Shown here: positions 18,675-26,736 of the stretch, one piece after another
Position numbering within the stretch: the first letter of the stretch is position 1
Layout: every line of letters starts with the position of its first letter
Assembly (NCBI GenBank): GCA_045638585.1
Contig: JAZUBO010000006.1
Location: 7,907-71,906 of the forward strand
Length of the DNA: 64,000 nucleotides
Source: Acutalibacteraceae bacterium
GTDB lineage: Bacteria > Bacillota > Clostridia > Oscillospirales > Acutalibacteraceae
Direction of reading: 5' to 3'
Translations under genes and position numbers: made by a program
Notes under the pieces: model-generated
What the model saw: only the letters and a program-made list of their open reading frames with translations
Told to the model about the DNA's origin: nothing
Database searches by the model: none

Positions 18675-18703
18675 ATTATATATAAAACCCTTTTATTTTT
18701 CAA
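18675..18703 (-). promoter_or_regulatory. Sigma-A-type promoter driving the tRNA-Thr locus
   Basis: On the minus strand: TTGAAA, 17-nt spacer, TATAAT, ending ~25 nt upstream of the truncated tRNA 5' end. Confidence 0.55.
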
Positions 18704-18781
18704 GTGTTTTTGTATATTTTAAGTTTTTAATATTTTTACTTAAAAATTTTAATTTTTCTTGAAAATTAACGTAATTTCCTA

Positions 18782-18810
18782 TTGACTTTACCGCTTTAGT
18801 GTGCTACCAT
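18782..18810 (+). promoter_or_regulatory. Sigma-A-type promoter of the yerC-his operon
   Basis: TTGACT (18782-18787), 17-nt spacer ending in TGC (extended -10), TACCAT (18805-18810). Confidence 0.5.
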
Positions 18811-18944
18811 ATGAACACGTTTTTTCTTGGAGTGGGGAAAGTGTATCTGAATTGATTTTAATTTGCTTTTCTTACTCTATGGGGATACCCGTAATTTTAA
18901 AAGAAAGGAAAGTTTTTGTTTTACAAAAACAGTCGGTTAAGGTT

Positions 18945-19241
18945 ATGACACCTTTAAAAAACAATGATGTTGATGAGCTTTACAGAGCAATTTTAAGCCT
19001 TGAAAACGAAGAGGAATGTGCTTTGTTTTTTGAGGACCTTTGCACAATCAACGAAATTATTTCTTTATCACAGCGTTTGAGCGTTGCTAAAAAGCTTGAC
19101 GAGGGTAAAACCTTTACTACAATAACCTCCGAAACAGGTGCAAGCTCCGCAACTATCGGCAGAGTAAACCGTTGTCTTTCTTACGGTAACGGCGGTTATA
19201 AAAATATAATAGAAAAGCTTAAAGGGGGAGAGAGCAAATGA
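18945..19241 (+). CDS. YerC/YecD-family TrpR-like DNA-binding protein, a candidate histidine-operon regulator
   Basis: 98 aa from the ATG at 18945 (MTPLKNNDVDELYRAILSLENEEECALFFEDLCTINE...SQRL.VAK....G.T...I....GAS.ATI.RVNR). The 48 codons upstream in the ORF track look like read-through of the leader. The stop overlaps the hisZG start (ATGA). Confidence 0.75.
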   Translation: MTPLKNNDVDELYRAILSLENEEECALFFEDLCTINEIISLSQRLSVAKKLDEGKTFTTITSETGASSATIGRVNRCLSYGNGGYKNIIEKLKGGESK

Positions 19242-20836
19242 GCTTCGATTTAAGTGTTCTTAATCCTACTGAAAGGGTAGTTTTTGAGCTTCGCGGTCTT
19301 TATTCAAGGTTTGGTTACAAGCCCTTTAAGATGAGTAAGTTTGAAGAGTATGATTTATACGGCAGTAATAAAGATTTCCTTGTAAGCGGTAACTGTATTA
19401 CCTTCACCGATTCCGATGGCAGACTTCTTGCTCTCAAGCCCGACGTTACTTTCTCTATCATCAAAAACTTTGATGATACCGTAGGCGGTGTTCAAAAGGT
19501 TTATTATAACGAAAACGTTTACCGCGAATCTAAAAAAGCGGGTGGCTTCAGTGAGATAATGCAGACGGGTATCGAGTGTATGGGTGATATCGGTGCAAAC
19601 GAGGTTTGCGAGGTTATTACTCTTGGTGCAAGAAGCCTTTATGCTATCAGTGAAAACTATGTTCTTGATATTTCTCATATGGGTCTTTTAAGCGGACTTT
19701 TCAATGCTATGGAATTATCTGAAAGTCAGAAAAATCAGCTTTTAGAGGCTATCGCAGAGAAAAATACAGGCGCAATCGAAAGCCTTTTAAACAGCTTTCA
19801 GGTTGGCGGTGCTCTTGCTAAAATGCTTGTTGATTTAGTCGGTGCTTGCGGTAAACCCTCTCAGGTGCTTACGAAAATCGGTGCAGTTGCCGTAAACGGT
19901 GAAATGCAGAGCGCTTTTAACGAGCTTAGCGACGTTTGTCAGAAGCTTATTGATGCAGGCTACGAGAAAAATATCAATATTGACTGCTCCCTCGTAAACG
20001 ATATGAATTACTATAACGGTATCGTTTTCAAAGGCTTTATTCAGGGTGTGCCTTTCGGTGTGCTTTCCGGTGGTCGTTATGACAGACTTATGAGCCGTGT
20101 TAATAAAAAAGCAGGTGCTATCGGCTTTGCCGTTTATCTTGATGAGGTTGAAAGACTTATCGAAAACAGTGAGTCAAACAACGAAGAGTTAAATTCTGAT
20201 GACGGTTATCTTAATATCGCTCTTCCTAAAGGCAGACTCGGTGAAAAGGTTTATTCAATGTTTGAAAAGGCAGGCTTTGAATGTCCTCAGATTTACGAGA
20301 AAAACCGCAGACTTATATTCGAAAACGCAGAGAAGAAGGTCCGTTATTTCTGGGTAAAACCCTCCGACGTTGCAATTTACGTTGAAAGAGGTGCAGCTGA
20401 TATCGGCGTTGCCGGTAAAGATATTCTTTTAGAATATGCACCCGACGTTTATGAGCTTCTTGACTTGGATATGGGTAAATGCCGTATGTGCGTTGCAGGC
20501 AAAAAAGAGTTTGTTGATGATGGCACAAGCACTTTAAGAGTAGCAACCAAATTTACAAATATTGCCAAAACTTATTACGCAGAAAAATGCCGTGATATTG
20601 ATATAATCAAGCTTAACGGCTCTATTGAAATCGCACCTATTTTAAGTCTTTCAGACGTTATAGTTGATATCGTTGAAACGGGTGCAACCTTAAAAGAAAA
20701 CGGTCTTGAGCCGAAAGAAACTATTGTTGATATAAGTGCGAGACTTATTTCAAACAAAGCAAGCTATAAATTCAAATCTGAAACTGTTGATAAACTTAAA
20801 GCGGCTTTAGAGATAATTGTGAGGGAAAAGCAGTGA
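19238..20836 (+). CDS. hisZG: Fused ATP phosphoribosyltransferase: HisZ-like regulatory module plus short-form HisG catalytic module
   Basis: Single 532-aa ORF. The N-terminal ~315 aa resemble a HisRS paralogue (HisZ). A linker ENSESNNEELNSDDG follows, then LNIALPKGRL...VAGKDIL...ETGATLKENGL typical of short HisG. Confidence 0.8.
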   Translation: MSFDLSVLNPTERVVFELRGLYSRFGYKPFKMSKFEEYDLYGSNKDFLVSGNCITFTDSDGRLLALKPDVTFSIIKNFDDTVGGVQKVYYNENVYRESKKAGGFSEIMQTGIECMGDIGANEVCEVITLGARSLYAISENYVLDISHMGLLSGLFNAMELSESQKNQLLEAIAEKNTGAIESLLNSFQVGGALAKMLVDLVGACGKPSQVLTKIGAVAVNGEMQSAFNELSDVCQKLIDAGYEKNINIDCSLVNDMNYYNGIVFKGFIQGVPFGVLSGGRYDRLMSRVNKKAGAIGFAVYLDEVERLIENSESNNEELNSDDGYLNIALPKGRLGEKVYSMFEKAGFECPQIYEKNRRLIFENAEKKVRYFWVKPSDVAIYVERGAADIGVAGKDILLEYAPDVYELLDLDMGKCRMCVAGKKEFVDDGTSTLRVATKFTNIAKTYYAEKCRDIDIIKLNGSIEIAPILSLSDVIVDIVETGATLKENGLEPKETIVDISARLISNKASYKFKSETVDKLKAALEIIVREKQ

Positions 20837-22104
20837 TTAAAATATATAAAAGAAACGAAATAACCACCGAGCAGATACTCGAAAGAAGTGAGCAGACTAT
20901 TGACGTTGAGGGTATTGTTACAGATATTATAAAAAACGTCAGAGCAAATGGTGATAAAGCTCTTGTTGAGTATTCTAAAAAATTTGATGGTGCAGTTGAC
21001 GACGTGCTTGAGGTTACACAGGCAGAAATTGATGAAGCATTTACTCAGGTTGATGAAGAGCTTATCAATATTATAAAGGAAGCAAAAGAAAATATTACCG
21101 AATTCCATTCAAGACAGGTAAGAAACAGCTTTCTTATAAACGAAAATGACGGTGTTATTATTGGTCAGAAGGTTATGCCTATTGAAAAGGTTGGTCTTTA
21201 CGTACCCGGTGGCACAGCCGCTTACCCCTCATCAGTTCTTATGAACTGCGTTCCTGCTAAAATTGCAGGCTGTAGCGAAATTGTTATGGTAACGCCTGCA
21301 AAAGAGGGTAAAATCAAACCCGTTATTCTTGCAGCGGCATCAATAGCAGGGGTAGACAGAATTTTTAAAATTGGCGGTGCTCAGGCTGTAGCAGCTCTTG
21401 CTTACGGCACTGAAAGCGTACCCAAGGTAGATAAAATCGTTGGCCCCGGTAACGCTTTTGTTGCAGAAGCTAAAAAGCAGGTTTTCGGTACTGTTGATAT
21501 TGATATGATAGCAGGTCCCAGCGAAATTCTCGTTGTTGCTGACGGAACAAATAACCCGGCTCATATTGCGGCTGATTTACTTTCACAGGCAGAACACGAT
21601 AAAATGGCAACCGCAGTTCTTATTACAAACTGTGAAGCTTTTGCAAACAAGGTGAGCGAAGAACTTGAAAAACAGATTCCTCTTTTACCCAGAGCCGATA
21701 TTGCCCGTTGCTCAATTGATACAAACAGTAAAATTATTGTAACAGATTCTCTTGAAGAGGCTCTTGAAACTTCAAATATATTAGCTCCCGAGCATCTTGA
21801 AATCTGCGTTGATAACCCCTTTGAATACCTTGGTCTTGTTAAGCACGCAGGCTCTGTTTTCTTAGGCAAAAACTGTCCCGAAGCATTAGGTGACTATTTT
21901 GCAGGTCCTAACCACACCTTACCCACAAGTGGAACAGCCCGTTTTTCAAGCCCTCTTTCTGTTGACGATTTCGTTAAGAAAACACAGTTTTCTTATTTCA
22001 GCAAAGATGCACTTGATAAAATTGGTAACAAGGTTGTTCGTTTTGCTAACGAAGAGGGGCTTCAGGCTCACGGAAAAAGTGTAAGCATCAGACTGGAGAA
22101 ATAA
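20833..22104 (+). CDS. hisD: Histidinol dehydrogenase
   Basis: 423 aa; motifs [34 protein letters not shown] start overlaps the hisZG stop (GTGA). Confidence 0.92.
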   Translation: MIKIYKRNEITTEQILERSEQTIDVEGIVTDIIKNVRANGDKALVEYSKKFDGAVDDVLEVTQAEIDEAFTQVDEELINIIKEAKENITEFHSRQVRNSFLINENDGVIIGQKVMPIEKVGLYVPGGTAAYPSSVLMNCVPAKIAGCSEIVMVTPAKEGKIKPVILAAASIAGVDRIFKIGGAQAVAALAYGTESVPKVDKIVGPGNAFVAEAKKQVFGTVDIDMIAGPSEILVVADGTNNPAHIAADLLSQAEHDKMATAVLITNCEAFANKVSEELEKQIPLLPRADIARCSIDTNSKIIVTDSLEEALETSNILAPEHLEICVDNPFEYLGLVKHAGSVFLGKNCPEALGDYFAGPNHTLPTSGTARFSSPLSVDDFVKKTQFSYFSKDALDKIGNKVVRFANEEGLQAHGKSVSIRLEK

Positions 22105-22109
22105 TATAA

Positions 22110-23168
22110 ATGAGTAAATTCCTGGATTCGCGTTACAGCGGTCTTGCGGCTTACGTTCCCGGTGAACAGCCCCAAGATAAAAAATATATTAAATTAAATA
22201 CAAACGAGTCACCGTATCCACCAAGTGATGAAACTCTTGCGGCAGTAAATAAAAGTCAGGTTGAGCTTTTAAGGCTTTATCCAGACCCCGACGGCAGAGC
22301 TTTAACAAAGAAGCTTGCGGAGCTTTACGGTGTTGAAACAGAAAATATCTTCCTTGCTAACGGCTCTGATGATATTCTTAATTTCGCGTTCATGGCTTAT
22401 TGTGCCAACGGCAGAAAATCATATTTTGCCGATATTACCTACGGCTTTTACAGTGTTTTTGCAAATCTTCACTGTTCAGATTATACTGAAATACCCCTTG
22501 AAGAAGATTTCACAATTGACTGGAAAAAGTTCTGCGGTGTTGACGGCGGTGTGTTTATTGCAAACCCCAATGCACCAACAGGCCTTGCGTTAGGCTTAGA
22601 TGCTATTGAAGAGGTTATAAAATCGAACCCCGACAATGTTGTTGTTATCGACGAGGCTTACGTTGATTTCGGTGGTGAAAGTGCTTCATCACTTGTAAAG
22701 AAATACGATAATCTTCTTGTTGTTCAGACCTTCTCAAAGTCTCGTTCAATGGCGGGTGCCCGTCTCGGCTTTGCAATAGGCAGTAAAGAAATAATAGGGG
22801 ATTTACATAAGTTGAGATATTCAACTAACCCCTATAACATAAACCGCCTTACTCTTGCCGCAGGTGAAGCTACAATAGCTTCACAAAGCTATTACGACGA
22901 TAACTGCAAAAAGATTATTGAAACAAGAGAGTGGACAGTTGCAGAGCTTAAAAACTTAGGTTTTGAGATTTTACCCTCAAAGTCAAACTTCATTTTTGCA
23001 AAGAATGATAAAATTGATGGTGAAAAGCTTTACCTTGAGTTAAAAGAGCAGGGCGTTCTCGTTCGTCATTTTACTTCTCAAAGAATAAAAGATTACAACA
23101 GAATTACCATCGGCACACCTGAACAGATGCAGGTGCTTGTTGATAAGATTAGAGAAATTATAAAATAA
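22110..23168 (+). CDS. hisC: Histidinol-phosphate aminotransferase
   Basis: 352 aa; LNTNESP, DEAY.DF, PLP-lysine context TFSKSRSMAGARLG. Position within the his operon. Confidence 0.9.
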   Translation: MSKFLDSRYSGLAAYVPGEQPQDKKYIKLNTNESPYPPSDETLAAVNKSQVELLRLYPDPDGRALTKKLAELYGVETENIFLANGSDDILNFAFMAYCANGRKSYFADITYGFYSVFANLHCSDYTEIPLEEDFTIDWKKFCGVDGGVFIANPNAPTGLALGLDAIEEVIKSNPDNVVVIDEAYVDFGGESASSLVKKYDNLLVVQTFSKSRSMAGARLGFAIGSKEIIGDLHKLRYSTNPYNINRLTLAAGEATIASQSYYDDNCKKIIETREWTVAELKNLGFEILPSKSNFIFAKNDKIDGEKLYLELKEQGVLVRHFTSQRIKDYNRITIGTPEQMQVLVDKIREIIK

Positions 23169-23188
23169 TTATTACGGAGGCTGTTTAA

Positions 23189-23776
23189 ATGCGAGTTGCA
23201 GAAGTTAAAAGAAAAACTGCCGAAACAGACGTTTATGTTAAACTCAACCTTGACGGTACGGGGCAATGTGACATTGATTCGGGCATAGGCTTTTTCGACC
23301 ATATGCTTATATTGTTCGCAAAGCATTCTAGATTTGATTTAACTGTAAAATGTAAAGGTGATATCGAGGTTGACGGTCACCATACAACAGAGGATATAGG
23401 TATAGCACTCGGTCAGGCTTTCAAAGAGGCTTTGGGTGATAAAAGAGGTATCTACCGTTACGGTAGCACAATTCTTCCTATGGATGAAGCTCTTATTATG
23501 ACCGCTGTTGATATTTCAGGAAGACCTTATCTTAAATACAGAATGAAAATCCCTGCAGCAATGGTAGGTGATTTTGATACAGAGCTTTTAAGAGAATTCT
23601 TCGTAGCATTCGCTTTTAATTCCTGTATCACTCTTCACATTCGTCGTCTTGACGGTGTGAACAGTCATCATATTGTCGAGGGAACTTTCAAATCAGTAGC
23701 AAGAACCTTAAAAAAGGCGGTTGCAATTGATGAAACTATTAAAAACGAAATCCCGTCCTCAAAAGGAGTTCTCTGA
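23189..23776 (+). CDS. hisB: Imidazoleglycerol-phosphate dehydratase (monofunctional, no phosphatase domain)
   Basis: 195 aa; R.TAET...V.L.LDG, GFFDHML, DGHHT.ED, N.HH..E..FK. Confidence 0.92.
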   Translation: MRVAEVKRKTAETDVYVKLNLDGTGQCDIDSGIGFFDHMLILFAKHSRFDLTVKCKGDIEVDGHHTTEDIGIALGQAFKEALGDKRGIYRYGSTILPMDEALIMTAVDISGRPYLKYRMKIPAAMVGDFDTELLREFFVAFAFNSCITLHIRRLDGVNSHHIVEGTFKSVARTLKKAVAIDETIKNEIPSSKGVL

Positions 23777-24387
23777 TGCTTGCGATAATTGATTATGGTG
23801 TAGGTAACTTGTTTTCGTTACAATGCTCATTAAATAAAATCGGCATTGAAAACGTAGTTACAAGCGATATTGAAACAATAAAAAATGCTGAAAGAATAAT
23901 TCTTCCCGGTGTTGGTGCTTTCGGTGATGCAGTTAAAAAGCTTCGTGAAAGCGGACTTTTTGAAGTTGTTATCGAGGAAGCCGAAAAGGGTAAACCTCTT
24001 ATGGGTATTTGCCTTGGTATGCAGATGCTTTTCGAAAAAAGCTACGAATACGGTGAATATGAGGGGTTAGGTCTTATTAAAGGTGAAATCGTTTCTCTTA
24101 AAGGCAAAATTCCCGAGAATTTAGATATTCCTCATATGGGTTGGAATGCCTTGAGCTTCCACAATGGCAAAAATGAATTGTTCAAATATATAAACGAGGG
24201 CGACTGCGTTTATTTCGTTCATTCATATTTCGGTGTGGACTGTGACGATTCTTTAATCGCGTCTGCGGAATATGGTGCAGACGTTACTGCAGCAGTTGCA
24301 AAAAACAACGTTTACGGCTGTCAGTTCCATCCCGAAAAAAGCGGTGACGTTGGTCTCAAAATATTAAGAGCATTTTGTGAAATTTAA
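23776..24387 (+). CDS. hisH: Imidazole glycerol phosphate synthase, glutamine amidotransferase subunit
   Basis: 203 aa; IIDYGVGNL, GICLGMQ (catalytic Cys), HMGWN, FVHSY, QFHPEKS. Confidence 0.92.
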   Translation: MLAIIDYGVGNLFSLQCSLNKIGIENVVTSDIETIKNAERIILPGVGAFGDAVKKLRESGLFEVVIEEAEKGKPLMGICLGMQMLFEKSYEYGEYEGLGLIKGEIVSLKGKIPENLDIPHMGWNALSFHNGKNELFKYINEGDCVYFVHSYFGVDCDDSLIASAEYGADVTAAVAKNNVYGCQFHPEKSGDVGLKILRAFCEI

Positions 24388-24469
24388 AGCTTGGATTAAA
24401 TTGCCCACAGCACTATTTTTTGCTCAGGGCAGTATCTATAAAGCATTTTGTGAAATATAGGAGATAATA

Positions 24470-25183
24470 ATGAAAATTTTTCCTGCAATTGATTTATACG
24501 AGGGTAAAGCGGTAAGGCTTTTAAAAGGTGATTACAATGCTCTTACCGTTTATTCGGAAAACCCTATTGAAATAGCAAAGGATTTTGAAAGTCAGGGGGC
24601 AACCGAGCTTCACACAGTTGATCTTGAGGGTGCTCGTGACGGTGGTACACCTAATATTGACATTATAAAGTCCTTTGTTGAAAACACTTCTCTTAACGTT
24701 GAGGTTGGCGGTGGTATTCGTTCTATGGAAACCGTAAAGGCTTACCTTGATGCAGGTGTAAGAAGAGTTATTTTAGGTACAGCCGCAGTTACCGACGAGG
24801 CTTTTCTCATTGAAGCAGTTAAAACCTACGGTGACAAAATTGCGGTCGGTGCTGATATTAAAGACGGCAAGGTTGCAATTAAAGGCTGGATTGAAAAATC
24901 AGAATACAGCACCTTTGAATTTTTTGAGAAAATCGAAAAAATCGGTGTTTCAACCGTTATTTGCACCGATATTTCAAAGGATGGTGCAATGCAAGGCACT
25001 AACCGTGAGCTTTATAAAGAGCTTTCAGAAAGGTTTAACGTAAATATTATTGCTTCAGGCGGTGTTTCATCTCTTGATGATATAAATGCACTTAATAAAA
25101 TGAATATTTACGGAGCAATTATCGGTAAAGCCTATTACACCGGTGCAATAAAAATAAGTGATGCTCTGGAGGCGGTAAAATGA
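24470..25183 (+). CDS. hisA: ProFAR isomerase
   Basis: 237 aa; FPAIDL..GK.VRL.KGDY, DLEGA, GGGIRS, TDI.KDG...G.N, GGVSS. Confidence 0.92.
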   Translation: MKIFPAIDLYEGKAVRLLKGDYNALTVYSENPIEIAKDFESQGATELHTVDLEGARDGGTPNIDIIKSFVENTSLNVEVGGGIRSMETVKAYLDAGVRRVILGTAAVTDEAFLIEAVKTYGDKIAVGADIKDGKVAIKGWIEKSEYSTFEFFEKIEKIGVSTVICTDISKDGAMQGTNRELYKELSERFNVNIIASGGVSSLDDINALNKMNIYGAIIGKAYYTGAIKISDALEAVK

Positions 25184-25938
25184 TTACAAAAAGAATTATA
25201 CCTTGCCTCGATGTAAGAAACGGTACTGTTGTTAAGGGTACAAATTTTAAAGACCTTAACGAAATTTCTTCACCCGTTGAGCTTGCAGAGTATTACAGCT
25301 CTCACGGTGCGGATGAGCTTGTTTTCTATGATATTACCGCTTCTTCAGACGGAAGAAAGCTTTTTACCGATATCTTAAAAGAAACTGCATCAAAGGTTTT
25401 TATTCCGCTTACAGTAGGCGGTGGCATAAATACTCTTGATGATTTTGACAGAGTTTTAAAATGCGGTGCAGATAAAGTCAGCGTAAACTCAGGTGCAATT
25501 AAAAACCCGAATTTAATAAAGGAAGCTGCAGAAAAATATGGCGACCAATGTGTCGTTTTATCTGTTGATGTGAAAAGAGTAGACGGTAAATTCTGCGTTT
25601 TCGCAAAGGGCGGAAGAGAAAATACAGGTCTTGATGCTTTAGAGTGGATAAAACAAGGTGTTGAAAACGGTGCAGGTGAAATCGTTGTGAATTCAATTGA
25701 TACCGATGGCGTTAAAAAAGGCTTCGATATTGAAATGTTAAAGGCTGTTTGCGAAATAGTAAATGTTCCCGTAATTGCTTCAGGCGGTGCAGGTGGCAAG
25801 CAAGATTTTGTTGACTTGTTCAATACCGTTCCCGGTGTCAGCGCAGGTCTTGCGGCATCAATTTTCCATTACGGTGAGGTTACTATCGACGATTTAAAGA
25901 AAACGTTAAAAGAAAATAATATTACGGTGAGGTTATAA
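25180..25938 (+). CDS. hisF: Imidazole glycerol phosphate synthase, cyclase subunit
   Basis: 252 aa; [38 protein letters not shown]...G.D, ASGGAG. Confidence 0.93.
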   Translation: MITKRIIPCLDVRNGTVVKGTNFKDLNEISSPVELAEYYSSHGADELVFYDITASSDGRKLFTDILKETASKVFIPLTVGGGINTLDDFDRVLKCGADKVSVNSGAIKNPNLIKEAAEKYGDQCVVLSVDVKRVDGKFCVFAKGGRENTGLDALEWIKQGVENGAGEIVVNSIDTDGVKKGFDIEMLKAVCEIVNVPVIASGGAGGKQDFVDLFNTVPGVSAGLAASIFHYGEVTIDDLKKTLKENNITVRL

Positions 25939-25940
25939 AA

Positions 25941-26594
25941 ATGTTTGATATTGAAAAACTTAAATTTGACGATAAGGGTCTTATCCCTGCAATTGTTGTT
26001 GATGATGAAACTGGCAAGGTTCTTACACTCGCTTATATGAACAAGGAAAGCCTTAAAATCTCTCTCGAGAAGAAGCTTACTTGCTTCTGGAGCCGTTCAA
26101 GACAAGAGCTTTGGCTTAAAGGTGAAACAAGCGGAAACTATCAGCATATCGTAAGCATTACAGCTGATTGCGATATGGATGCTCTTACAGTGAGAGTAAA
26201 AAAAGACGGTCCTGCTTGTCACACAGGTGAAGATACCTGCTTCTTTAATACCATTTTTGAAAATGAAGAAATAGCTCCTGCATTCAGTGTGCAGAGGCTT
26301 GTTGATACAATTGAGGGTAGAAAACTTGACCCCAAGGAAGGCTCTTATACAACCTACCTTTTCGAAAAGGGTATTGATAAAATACTCAAAAAAGTAGGTG
26401 AGGAAAGCACAGAGGTTATTATTGCAGGTAAAGCAAACGATAAAGCTGAAACTATTTACGAGATTTCAGACCTTATGTATCACGTTCTTGTTCTTATGAT
26501 AGAAATGGGTATTTCAGTCGATGATATAATGAATGAGCTTAAATCCCGTCACGTTATCGACCACAAAGTAAAGCAGGAAAAAATGACGAAATAA
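25941..26594 (+). CDS. hisI: Bifunctional phosphoribosyl-AMP cyclohydrolase / phosphoribosyl-ATP pyrophosphatase
   Basis: 217 aa. The N-terminal half has LIPAIV.D..TG.VL.LAYMN, FWSRSR...W.KGETSG and DCD.DAL. The C-terminal half has SYT..L...G.DKI.KK.GEE..E..IA....D......E..DL.YH..VL. Confidence 0.9.
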   Translation: MFDIEKLKFDDKGLIPAIVVDDETGKVLTLAYMNKESLKISLEKKLTCFWSRSRQELWLKGETSGNYQHIVSITADCDMDALTVRVKKDGPACHTGEDTCFFNTIFENEEIAPAFSVQRLVDTIEGRKLDPKEGSYTTYLFEKGIDKILKKVGEESTEVIIAGKANDKAETIYEISDLMYHVLVLMIEMGISVDDIMNELKSRHVIDHKVKQEKMTK

Positions 26595-26665
26595 GACGAA
26601 ATAAGACGAACTTAATCGTTTTATTTAAAAATATTAGATTTCTCAATAAAGTATTGAAAAATTTG

Positions 26666-26694
26666 TTGATTATTCATAACAACTTTGCTATAAT
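26666..26694 (+). promoter_or_regulatory. Sigma-A-type promoter for the cell-wall-binding-repeat protein gene
   Basis: TTGATT (26666-26671), 17-nt spacer, TATAAT (26689-26694). Confidence 0.6.
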
Positions 26695-26736
26695 CAAATT
26701 ATGGCAAAGTTGTTTGCTAATAAAAGGAGTGGTATT

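Noticed and set aside
18801-18944. Upstream 48 codons of ORF 18801-19241
   Set aside because: The extension begins inside the promoter -10 region and has no RBS. The conserved YerC-type sequence starts at the ATG at 18945.
18811-18944. T-box or other riboswitch in the his-operon leader
   Set aside because: I looked for the T-box core (GGTGGTACCGCG-like) and for specifier/antiterminator architecture and found none. The leader is only ~135 nt and is followed by a regulator gene instead.
20764-21108. 114-aa minus-strand ORF across the hisZG/hisD junction
   Set aside because: It is antisense to two well-supported his genes. The translation is Ile/Asn/Phe-rich, typical of A+T-rich antisense frames.
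25326-25823. 165-aa ORF antisense to hisF (and 25499-25696)
   Set aside because: It is embedded in a well-supported hisF, has a Ser/Pro/Thr-rich low-complexity translation, and has no start context.
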